64,000 nt of DNA from Mizuhopecten yessoensis. Lineage: Eukaryota. Position numbers and translations under genes: made by a program. The stretch is from assembly GCF_002113885.1 (NCBI RefSeq), contig NW_018406874.1, positions 334,576-398,575 on the forward strand, given 5' to 3'. Of this stretch, positions 40,204 to 52,200 are shown one piece after another. Positions within the stretch are counted from its first letter, which is position 1. Each line of letters starts with the position of its first letter. The notes under the pieces are model-generated. The model saw only the letters and a list, made by a program, of their open reading frames with translations. It was not told the DNA's origin and made no database searches.

Positions 40204-40476
40204 ACTTATCTTAGCCTTTGTAGAGTTTGTCGTCTATGTTTCCCATTAAGCAATTATGTGACCATGACGTATCATTTCTAATTTTAAACGAAAGTATTGC
40301 TTTATAAATTATATTTGGATTGGATTAAAATTATCTTATTAACGTTAATATTTGAATTTTTGCAAATAAATATATAAAAGAGAGCAAAACGATTATCCTT
40401 TGAGTAAAATATTTTATTTATTTAGAGAGGGTCATGTCGTTTTAGTTATGCCATTCTGAATTTTTTATTAACCAAG

Positions 40477-42099
40477 ATGTCAGCTTCCAGCTACTTTGAT
40501 TCTCAACAGAGCGAAAACAAAAGAAGTGGTTTCAACTCTTATAGGGAATTCAGTTTCTTCACACGCAAACGATTATTGAAAATTGGTAGCTTGCAATATA
40601 TGAAATGTCTCATGGCTATACTTGTGATCAATTTATTGGTGTTTTTATACCTGATGCATGCGTACAACCTCTTCTCCATCGACCAATACCTGTTATCAGC
40701 TGATGGTGGTCTTCACTTTCACCGTAAGGATGCCCAACATTTTGCTTTAGCAAAGGAAATAACTGTTGTCATAAGAGAATTTGAAGATTTCGAAAATCGT
40801 GTGAATGAAACTGTCAGAAATTTTAAATGGATATCTCCATACATGAATGTGATTGTAGTTTCCGATGACATTCCCTACCCACCGCTTAAACTAAACTTCA
40901 GTCAGACTGTACACTTTGTAAATCTGCAGTTGCATCCAATGCTAACAAACCCAATGGATGTCCTTAAAGGATTAATCAAAACCCCATATACAATTTTTGT
41001 TCCTGATGGCATCAATATAACGAAATCCAAAGCATTACTTCAAGCTGTAAGAAATATAAAAACTAGACAGTTGATTAAAGCTCTGGCCATCCCAGTTGGA
41101 AATGAAAAACTCAATTGTCCAGGAATGGATGTGCACCTACGGTCATGGTCTGTTGATTTCACTAATTTTGTTGGTGGTGAAGGAATGTGCGACTATGTGC
41201 AAGGTAACCATGCACTGCTGATGTTGACAAGTGACTTATTTGAGTTGACAAGTCCATTTGAACGTCCCCTGTATGTTTCATTGTACTTGCAGTTAACACT
41301 AAGAAGGTGGAAAACAGGAATATACACTGGTGATGTTTTCGTGCCGAAAACCATATTCAAAGACTTTCGAAGTGAATGGAAACATAAACATTTGGAAGAA
41401 TTACGACTGGAAAATACAATGAGAAAATTTGAAATAAAAAAGGTATCATATGATAAACAAAAAGTTTCCTATTATGGGTGTACAAAAGATACTGAGCGAT
41501 GTTTTGGAACTGTCATCAACGACATGCCTGATTTCTTACATAAAGGGAAATGGACTCCACCTTGTTGTTTAAAAGCGATAAGAGAAACAGCAAGACATGT
41601 TTTTACCATGTTGAATAAATGCTCAGCTCGCTACTGGCTTGAAGGGGGCAGCTTATTGGGAGCTGCAAGACACAAGGATATCATCCCATGGGACTATGAT
41701 ATTGACATTGGTGTTTATAAAGAAGATCTCGACAAATGTGAACAGTTCGTAACATTGGCAAAGAGGAATAGTTTTACGGATGAAGCAGGATTTCATTGGG
41801 AAAAGGCAACTGAAGGAGAATTTTTTAGGGTACATTACAGTGTTGTCAATCGTAACCATATAGATATCTTCCCATTTTTCCCAAAGTCTGGAATAATGAC
41901 AAAAAACACATGGTTTAAAACACACAGACAGGATACAGAGTTTCCTGAACATTATCTAAAACCGATGATAAAGGTGGAATTCATAGGAATCAACGTTTCA
42001 GCACCTAATAATGTCAGACAATTTTTAGAATATAAATTTGGAAAAGGAGTGATAGAAAACCCAAGGTTTCCCAACTCTGATTTGGTAGTTGGTGGATAG
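40477..42099 (+). CDS. FKRP: Fukutin-related protein (ribitol-5-phosphate transferase), 540 aa, single coding exon
   Basis: TM anchor, stem (TVVIREFEDFEN, PYPPL), zinc-finger Cys cluster YGCTKDTERCFGTV...GKWTPPCCLKAIRETAR, catalytic YWLEGGSLLGAARHKDIIPWDYDIDIG, and C-terminal FLEYKFGKGVIENP. All of these are FKRP-specific. Confidence 0.96.
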   Translation: MSASSYFDSQQSENKRSGFNSYREFSFFTRKRLLKIGSLQYMKCLMAILVINLLVFLYLMHAYNLFSIDQYLLSADGGLHFHRKDAQHFALAKEITVVIREFEDFENRVNETVRNFKWISPYMNVIVVSDDIPYPPLKLNFSQTVHFVNLQLHPMLTNPMDVLKGLIKTPYTIFVPDGINITKSKALLQAVRNIKTRQLIKALAIPVGNEKLNCPGMDVHLRSWSVDFTNFVGGEGMCDYVQGNHALLMLTSDLFELTSPFERPLYVSLYLQLTLRRWKTGIYTGDVFVPKTIFKDFRSEWKHKHLEELRLENTMRKFEIKKVSYDKQKVSYYGCTKDTERCFGTVINDMPDFLHKGKWTPPCCLKAIRETARHVFTMLNKCSARYWLEGGSLLGAARHKDIIPWDYDIDIGVYKEDLDKCEQFVTLAKRNSFTDEAGFHWEKATEGEFFRVHYSVVNRNHIDIFPFFPKSGIMTKNTWFKTHRQDTEFPEHYLKPMIKVEFIGINVSAPNNVRQFLEYKFGKGVIENPRFPNSDLVVGG

Positions 42100-44994
42100 A
42101 TTTATGTTAAATGTACCTGTAGTGTTGTTCATCTTATAAATGTACCTGTAGTGTTATACATCTTATAAAGATGTACGTGTCTCTTAATTTATAATACCTA
42201 AAATTACATCTCTGGTGCAATAAGCTGCCTCCAGAAATTTGTTCAAAACGATAGAGGTCAGTTTAATCAGGACAATATAAATGGCAGCCATGCAGTGCCC
42301 ATTTGTCAGTCTCTGTTTGTATATAGGATTTTACATCATCTGTATTTTTGCATTCCAATGGTGTGTTGAGTATTGTACATTGTTTAATTTAATGTGCAAT
42401 TAATTTCATCTAAAAATGAACTGTGCAATAATCTACAAATGTAGTGAGGTAGCTGGATATATAGGGTTATCTTGCAGAATTATTGTGTGTCTGGCTTCAT
42501 TTTCTTCAGAATAAGATGAGTAAAAAATGTTTCAGGTATTCAAGTTTCTTTTTTTTTATTTTTTTTTATGAAAATAACTTAAAATTAGTTTGAAATGAAG
42601 AAATAGGCATATTTCAACCAACTTATCTTTCTTTGTTTTCATAACAAAAATATTCAAATCCATTTGAGGGAAAGCAACTTTTCAAAAATAAAATGTATGG
42701 TTTGATAGCCATTTTTCACAACCTTAACAATGACATAGTTGCCATTTATTATATACATTTGTAATATATAGATATAAATTATTTAGAAAAAAACCCACAT
42801 ATCTTTGATCACTGGATATCTGATTCTAACCTAGGGGGAGATAAGCTGATAGTAAACACTAAGGGGCTGGTAGCCAGTCTAGTAGTAAAGACATGTAAAA
42901 ACTATATTGTATCACATTCCTATTACTCATGCAAGTTACAGTAAATAAATTAAAGTACAACAGAAAAATAACTTTGGGACAAAAATATAAGTCATGTCAT
43001 GTACCCTGAAGAAAGTTTAATTAATAGTCATTTTACTCATTTTTTGTTGAAATGTCATTTGAAAAATGTCAGTTTTTCAACTTGGAATGTTAACAAAGAT
43101 GAATTTTTAATGCAAGAATTATCAAAAATGATAAACTTTTGTCTTAGTCAAAATTACAGGTGCACAATGCAGATATACCTATGTTGAAACATTGTTGTTT
43201 GGCCTAAAATGACTCAAATTGTTGGTGGGCCGTAAAACAATACAAAACAAACAAACAACAAACCTATGTTGAATTACCAAATTATTATTACTAAAATATA
43301 TTACGGTTCAATGACCTATGGTTTCTAGTTCTGCTAAAGGATCAATCATCTTGATGCTCTATGAAGCCGACAGAAACTAAAAGTTTGATGCAGCTAATTT
43401 TATAGGAGTTATGCCCCTTTTACAAAAGGCCAAACATGCTCAAAAACGTTCTGCAAACTTTAAGAAACATTGTAATCACTTGACATAACTGTACATCAAA
43501 AAAATACTTATTTCAGCTATATTCGAGGGAGCAGATGGGTTAGCGCTTTCAATTTTCAAAATTCAAGTTTTGGAACAATTTTAATTTTGGTACATGTTCA
43601 TGCCTGCTTAGCTATATACATTTGTGTTCCAACATACTTGTACGTCGTCTATCTTCAGGTATCATTGTGATGCTGGCCCCAATGATAACTTGGCTTGGAG
43701 AATGACACCGCGTCAGCACTTTACCTCCAGAGCTTTGTTATAACAAAGTATTAATGTTGCATTCTATCATGAAATTTTCCTTATACAATGTACATGTTCA
43801 AGTTGTATTTTTGTGATTTACTGATACCTGTTTTTTCATCATGCCTAATACATTTTGTTGCGTTGGCATTGCTATGTGAAAGTGCTGATATTTGCCGTAG
43901 AATTTCAATCGTGATGAGTCAAACATTGATATACATGTAGGCGATTAATATATAAGAATTTAGGATGTAATACTGATAGAATTTGGCATAGAGGTTCATG
44001 AGGCACCAACGTTGATGCAGTGACATTTGCTACTAGAAAGCATCAAGTGTGTTTACTAGGATGTTAATATTTGCCACAGAAGCTCATGAAAAGACAAAAA
44101 TGAATGCTATATAAATAGTCAAAACAGAATAAAGTCTCTCTATAAGATAGTGGTGTTTAGCCTGGAGTTTCCCCATGGATAATCCATTGATGCAGGGCTG
44201 TCGGAACAGAAAATTATTTAGAATAAAGATACTGTTATTTGGCTTGGACGTTCCTGAGGATTCAACGTTGATGCAACGTTGATGCCAGGTAATGGAAAAC
44301 AGGGGATTTTTGGTGTATGATATTGATATTTGGCATGGAGCATGAGGGATTACAGGGATTAGCCCCCAAAGTGTTTAAAATGCATTTAAATTATTTTTCG
44401 ACTAACTTATCTTTCCAAGTTTGAAACTAAAGATAATACATATAAGCTATCAAAATTATAAGCATCTCATTTTTCTCTCAATAAATTAAATATTCTATAG
44501 ACAGGGTCAGTCAATCTTACCTGTTTGTCAAACTGCTTTTCAAATATGCTTAAAACGCAGTGTATATTTATGCTTTGCCGTATGCTTGAACCATTACTAG
44601 TGCCATTCCAATCGAGCTGTGTTGTAGGGTTTAATTATGTTAACTTGTATTCTCCATTGACTTCATTTATATAATATGTATACATTATGAACGATTCTTG
44701 CCACTGAAATGGGTTACGGGGTATTTTTCAAAATTATCGATTATAATTTCCATTTTTGACCAGAATATATAAACTGTGACTGTTTGAATTCAAGAGTTTT
44801 ACGATATAAAGGCTTTTATGTTTGTTTGGGCTTCTTCACCTCAGATGTCATGACCAAGTTCAATAAGACAGAAAGGCCAGCAGGCCGTTTTGTGTGCTTA
44901 TATTTATTATTTTGCCATGCTATTAGAAAATATCAGCACGGAGCTTACATTTTTTGTAACTTGTTAAATCATTGAATATGAACAGGATTTGATG

Positions 44995-45068
44995 TAGCCC
45001 GAGTTTCCTTTGTGATCTATATGTCAAAATGTCCAAGTCTGGTGTCGGGGCCAGAGGAACTCGGGCTA
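44995..45068. mobile_element. 74-bp element with TAGCCCGAGTT TIRs and a 9-bp TSD
   Basis: tagcccgagtt...aactcgggcta, flanked by gatttgatg and gatttggtg (one mismatch). Confidence 0.65.
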
Positions 45069-46263
45069 GATTTGGTGCTTAAGAACGGTCGTTGATATCA
45101 AGGACCTATAACCTATAACATCACCTACGTGAAAAGTACAAGTTTAGTACATGTTTAAAGGTATTGTCACTAGGGATGTTTTAGTCAATAGTAAAATCGT
45201 TACCTTTAATGCTTGTACACTGTTCTTGCCAACTGAACCCATTTCCACAAGATTATAATCTATATTATATCGAATATGAAAAGAGTCACATATAGTTTAT
45301 TTTAAACAGAAATTAAATCATACTTGCTGTTTGTAACGCCTATTGATTTGTGCTTAGATTAGATTGTGACTTGTGGATTGTATATGCATTTTTGTTTTGA
45401 TTTTTATGATGAAACATCTGATATCTCCCTTATTCTTCTATAAAAGTGGGTGTTATTTTATAGTTTATTAATAAAATGTCGTGGTTTCAGAGTATTTGTT
45501 GATGCTACTTGTTTTCCTCTTGTTCTCCCGACACTGGCCCTGTAGCTGGGACAATCGTGCTGGGTGTGTGTTGCGTGGTTTTCTATGCCTTTCAACATTT
45601 TGGATTATATTTTTTTTTTAAAGTAAGTTATCATGTACACATATGTAAACGTTTTGTTCGAAGTTGAGCAAATTCTGCGAATGACCTCTTAGCACATTTC
45701 ACTCTGATTGGTCGACGGTTTCCATACAACAGCTTAATAACCGAAGACTGCATTCTGGTTATATACATATATTAAGACAACCAAACTTAAATCGAAGAGT
45801 TCTTTAATATCAAACTACATGTAATTTCTCTGCACATCCCAACGGTTAATTTCAAACACATTATGTTCACTATTTGTATTCTAAGTTTGCTCACTGTTAA
45901 CTTCTATATACAGGCCTTAATTAGGCTTCCACGCTCGTTGGTTCCTTTGGTTCTAATTAACATTAAAAACATAAAATGTGGCAATTTTGTCCTTCCACTA
46001 AATATACAACCTGCTTCTGAATTGGTAAACTGTGATTGCCTTTACTGGATGCTAAGATGAGTTGTAAAAAAAAATTAGCTCTCCTAGAGAAAACTTCAAA
46101 AGTCAATCTATAATATATACAGTAACATAACTGAAGTTATAAAGTTCAGCGGAAAATCACCCTGTCGCAACAACTACGTAATCAACTGTCTTTGTTTGCA
46201 GCGAGACACCTATTCTGTGTTGTTCTGATCGGCCTGTCTGTGTTAACATAGCCACGAGTTAAA

Positions 46264-49200
46264 CTAAAGCTTGGTCATAGGATTCAGCATAACCTGTAAC
46301 AAAACGGAGCAAACGTGAAAACTGAAATAGGTTTTAAAGACAGGAGCACGTTATAATCGGCCACGAATCAATGTAAGCGCTTTTTTATTTTGATTCCATG
46401 TTTATATAACTCTTTTAGATTTTAAATCTGTTGAAATATTGTGTATACATTGGGCTTGTATCCATTTGTTGAAGTGAAACTTAGATCAAGCAAGTAAAAC
46501 AACGTTTCAGAAAATCCCCTTTCGAGCATCAGAGTTAATGATTCCTTATGCTTACCACACTTTGAACTACCGAGTCCTTAGTCATTGGCATACAAATATA
46601 ATAGTAGTAATATAAGAGTAGTAATATAATAGTAGTTATATAACAGTAGTAATATAACAGTAGTAATATAATAGTAGTAATATAATAGTAGTTATATAAC
46701 AGTAGTAATATAATAGTAGTAATATAACAGTAGTTATATAACAGTAGTAATATAACAGTAGTAATATAACAGTAGTTATATAACAGTAGTAATATTACTA
46801 CTGTTATATAACTACTGTTATATTACTACTGTTATATAATAGTAGTTATATAACAGTAGTAATATAATAGTAGGAATATAACAGTAGTAATACAATAATA
46901 GGAATATAACAGTAGTAATATAATAGTAGTTATATAATAGTAGTAATATAATAGTAGTAATTTAATAGTAGTTATATAACAGTAGTAATATAACAGTATT
47001 AATATAATAGTAGTAATATAATAGTAGTTATATAATAGTAGTAATATAATAGTAGTAATATAACAGTAGTTATATAACAGTAGTAATATAACAGTATTAA
47101 TATAATAGTAGTAATATAATAGTAGTAATATAACGGTAGTAATATAATAGTAGTAATATAACAATAGTAATATAACAGTTGTAATATAATAATAGGAATA
47201 TAATAGTAGTAATATAATAGTAGTAATATAATAGTAGTAATATAACAGTAGTAATATAATAATAGGAATATAATAGTAGTAATATAACAGTAGTAATATA
47301 ACAGTAGTTAAATAACAGTAGTAATATAACAGTAGTAATATAATAGTAGTAATATAGCAGTAGTAATATAACAATAGTAATATAACAGCATTAATATAAC
47401 AGTAGTTAAATAATAGTAGTAATAAAACAGTAGTAATATAATCGTAGTAATACAATAATAGGAATATAATAGTAGTAAAATAACAGTAGTATATAATAGT
47501 AGTAATCTAACAGTAGTAATACAATAATAGGAATATAATAGTCGTAATATAACAGTAGGAATATAATAATAGGAATATAGTAGTAGTAATATAATTGTAG
47601 TTATATAACAGTAGTAATATAACAGTAGTAATATAACAGTAGTAATACAATAATAGTAATATAACAGTAGTAATATAACAGTAGTAATATAACAATAGTA
47701 ATATAACAGTTGTAATATAATAATAGGAATATAATAGTAGTAATATAATAGTAGTAATATAACAGTAGTAATATAACAGTAGTAATATAATAATAGTAAT
47801 ATAANGGAATATAACAGTAGTAATATAACAGTAGTAATATAACAGTAGTAATATAATAATAGGAATATAATAGTAGTAATATAATAGTAGTAAAATAACA
47901 GTAGTAATATAATAGTAGTAATAGAATAGTAGTAATAGAATAGTAGTAATATAATCGAGTAAAAATATTTTTTACGACCTACCGTTTTGACTTCTGTATA
48001 TTGTTGAAGTCCGTACTCTCCCCTAAAGATAAGACAGTACGTATACATCATAATTAACGATACAGAAGAGGACAAGGTTACATAAACATCGTTCACGACA
48101 AGCTTAGGCAACATCGGGCAATTACAACAAGGATTTGAGTGATCAAAGGTTCGATAATGAATGTTTATTTAGATCAATCACAATAGCAGCCGTTGCTTTA
48201 ATCTACAATGAATTTAAAACTTCAAATATGCATGTACGTAGTTAGTCATCGTTAATTGACTCAGTCTTAACCCATAAACAGTAATTGTCTGTTTACTTCC
48301 CTTTTGCCAATTAAAATCTTGTTGAATATCCACGAAATGTACGTTTACATTTATATTCCTACTTCAAATCATCCACATATATTCATAACTTGTTCAAATG
48401 ATAATGTTAGACGAATATATACGTACAATTCTCGTCCTATTCCCGACATTTTGAAACCTCCAAAAGGACTCTGCGGACAGATGACGTTATATGCATTCAC
48501 CCTAAAGAGAAAAAACAAAATTAGTAATGTTAAAAGTGTAACTATCACAGATACAATAATATTATACATAGTGGCAAAATCCATCGACATTCACCATCAA
48601 CCTTATGGTGTAATCAACAAGTCTTAAAATATATCCACAACGGATATTTGAGAACTTTCGGTCATTCACTATTCCATAAATAGATCGTGATAAAAGGAAC
48701 TATTACCAATCACATCAGTAATTAATCATATCAGTAATCAATCATATCAGTGATCATATCAGTAATCATATCAGAAATCAATCATATCAGTAATCAATCA
48801 TATCAGTAATCAATCATATCAGTGATCAATCATATCAGTAATCACATCATTAATCATTCATATCAGTAATCAATCATATCAGTGATCAATCATACAGTGA
48901 TCAATCAAATCAGTAATCCATCCTATCAGTAATCCATCATATCAGTAATCATTCATATCAGTAATCAATCATCAGTGATCGATCATATCAGTGATCAATC
49001 ATATCAGTGATCAATTATATCTGTAATCAATCATATCAGTAACCGATCATATCAGTAATCACATCAGTAATCACTCATATCAGTGATCAATTATATCTGT
49101 AATCAATCATATCAGTGATCATATCAGTGATCAATTATATCTGTAATCAATTATATCAGTAATCGATCATATCAGTAATCACATCAGTAATGAATCATAT

Positions 49201-52200
49201 CAGTAATCAATCATATCAGTAATCGATCATATCAGTTATAATCAATCATATCTTTAATCATTCATATCAGTAATCAATCATATCAGTGATCAATCATACA
49301 GTGATCAATCAAATCAGTAATCCATCATATCAGTAATCCATCATATTAGTAATCATTCATATCAGTAATCAATCATCAGTAATCGATCATATCAGTGATC
49401 AATCATATCAGTGATCCATCATATCAGTAATCCATCATATTAGTAATCATTCATATCAGTAATCAATCATATCAGTAATCGATCATATCAGTAATCACAT
49501 CAGTAATCACTCATATCAGTGATCAATTATATCTGTAATCAATCATATCAGTGATCATATCAGTGATCAATTATATCTGTAATCAATTATATCAGTAATC
49601 GATCATATCAGTAATCACATCAGTAATCACTCATATCATTGATCAATCATTTCAGTGATCAATTATACCTGTAATCGATCATATCAGTGATCAATTATGT
49701 CAGTGATCAATTATGTCAGTAATCAATTATATCAGTAATCGATCATATCAGTAATCACATCAGTAATCAATCATATCAGTAATCAATCATATCAGTAATC
49801 GATCATATCAGTTATAATCAATCATATCAGTGATCAATTAAATCAGTAATCATATCAGTAATCGATCATATCAGTACATTTTTCTATTCTTTTACGTACA
49901 GCAATTGTTTTTGTTAAGGGGGAGTTTTATGATACTAGTAACTCATTTATTTGAAAAACAGCTTTTATTACACTAAGTCGATTTTCGAATTTCGTCGATG
50001 ATAAGCATAAGACGCTTACTTTTCTGGAACACCTGGTTTTATTCTTCGTGAAAATTTGTAAATATTTCCGTTGTTCATATTCGTCCCTAGTTTCATCGAA
50101 TTTGAGATTGAACTAGTTTTTGTTTACACTTTGGTGTTATCTAATTTTTTGATAAATTTAAGCTTACCATACTGATCCAGCCTTTACGCTATTGCAAAAG
50201 GTTATTGCTCTCTCCAAGTCGTTAGTAAAAATTGCAGCAGCCAATCCATATTCTGTATTGTTGGCCTTCTCAATCAAATCTGTCATGTCCTTGAATTTGA
50301 TTATTTGTTGAACTGGTCCGAAAATCTTGATTGAATAAAAGGGGATCATAAGCGATAATTTCAACAGGATGTAATAAGAACAAACAGGTGATACGTTTGT
50401 TCACTTAATTAAGTGTCAATTGAATTATAATTATGCATGCAGCAAAACATGTTTAAACTTGCTATTTTATCAATTCAAAGATCATTTGCAGACGTTAGGA
50501 ACAACAGTCAAACTCGTGTTTCATTAAACGAATGTTATCTCAATTATCTTCTTTAATTACATTTTTTCCCAATGGCTTTGTTGACACAAACAGTAAAAAC
50601 AGAGCAATAGCTACTTTCACCAGCATTTTGTAACCTTTTGTTTCAATTAATATCCATTAATGAACAAACAGTGTCACTTTTTCAGAATTCAATGTCACAT
50701 TTCAGTAGACTAATTTTCAATCTACTACCGTGTTCTTTTTAAAGAATTTTAATTTAATCTAGTTACTATCTACGTTTCACTAAGTTCTCATTGTATTTCA
50801 TCTGTTGGTAAACGAAATGAAGCAAATACGTGCACAGTTGAAAACCAATGTGCTGAGAAGTTATTGACTAACATAAATGACATTCCATTTTTCATTCACA
50901 CAAACCTCCTCCCTGCCGATGGTCATGCTTTCCGTGACCCCCGAGAACACTGTGGGCTCTATGAAGTAACCCTTTCCCTTGATTGCCTTTCCGCCACATT
51001 CTAGCTTGGCACCTTCCTTTATTCCGATGTCGATAAGTGACAATATCTTCTTGAATTGTGTTTCGTCAATCTGCCAATCATTTTTTAAATACTAAAGTAA
51101 TCTGATAAAAACACTGTTTTAAGACTTCAAGTGGTTTTGTCTTTTTAATAAAGCTTCTTTTCACTCTTTTATACATATACCATATGCATGGATCTGAACC
51201 TAATAATATTCCTATTTCATCAAGAACGAGTAAGACAATATGTAACTCATTTCATTCAATATTTCTTAATTTTGTAACATGTGAAATGGCAATATACCTG
51301 CGGCCCGGATTCGAACTTAGGATCAAATGGATCACCAACTGACCGGGCTTTAGCTCTGTTAACAAGCCTCTCCTTGAAATCCTCGTAGATTTCCTCCTGG
51401 ACGTACGTTCTTGACCCTGCCGTGCAGCACTGGCCTTGGTTGTAAAACAGCGCTTGATGGGACATCTCCGCTGCAAAGTCCACTGTGCAAGAAAACTGAA
51501 AGGTCAACTCCAACAAATAGTAACAATTAACTAAGAACATTTTTTTTGAAAGATATATTGTGAGCTATTGACATCCTGTTAAAATGGACGATTTAAGGCG
51601 CATTTTATTTCAAAGGAATATTGTCAGCAACTATCCAATACGTACAGTTAGTAGAACGTGAGGGCGCGTTTATTAGCACTAGGCAAACATATTTTGGAAA
51701 ATAGAGAAATGGAAAAAACCTAAGTGTACAGTGCCCCATAACGGGCAAATTAAATACACTTCTCGTAATATTAAGCACCAAACATTTAAGTATAGCTTAC
51801 AGTTTGCATCTGCGAATATAACATTTGGACTTTTGCCTCCGAGCTCCAGTGTGACTCTCTTCAGATTGGAATCGGCAGCAGCCTTCATGATGATTTTTCC
51901 GACCTACCATGAAAAGAGATGATGGACGTTAAAACCTAAATATTTATATACACATTTGTAATCATAGTAGGCATACGAGCCAGCATCAATCATGTATTGT
52001 CGACCTACCTCCGTTGATCCAGTGAAGGCCACTTTGTTGATGTGAGGGTGACTAGAGATGGCAGCACCGGCTGTTGGACCATATCCGGCTACAATGTTCA
52101 CAACTCCGGCGGGAAAACCAGCCTGTATACGGATATATATAAAGGTAGAATGCATCGATATCAAGTAAGAATTTCCAAGAAACCATCGGAGTGAATGTTA

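Noticed and set aside
46832-48114. 207-aa and 268-aa Tyr/Leu-rich ORFs
   Set aside because: They are translations of the 14-bp minisatellite; only 48022-47983 is a real ALDH exon.
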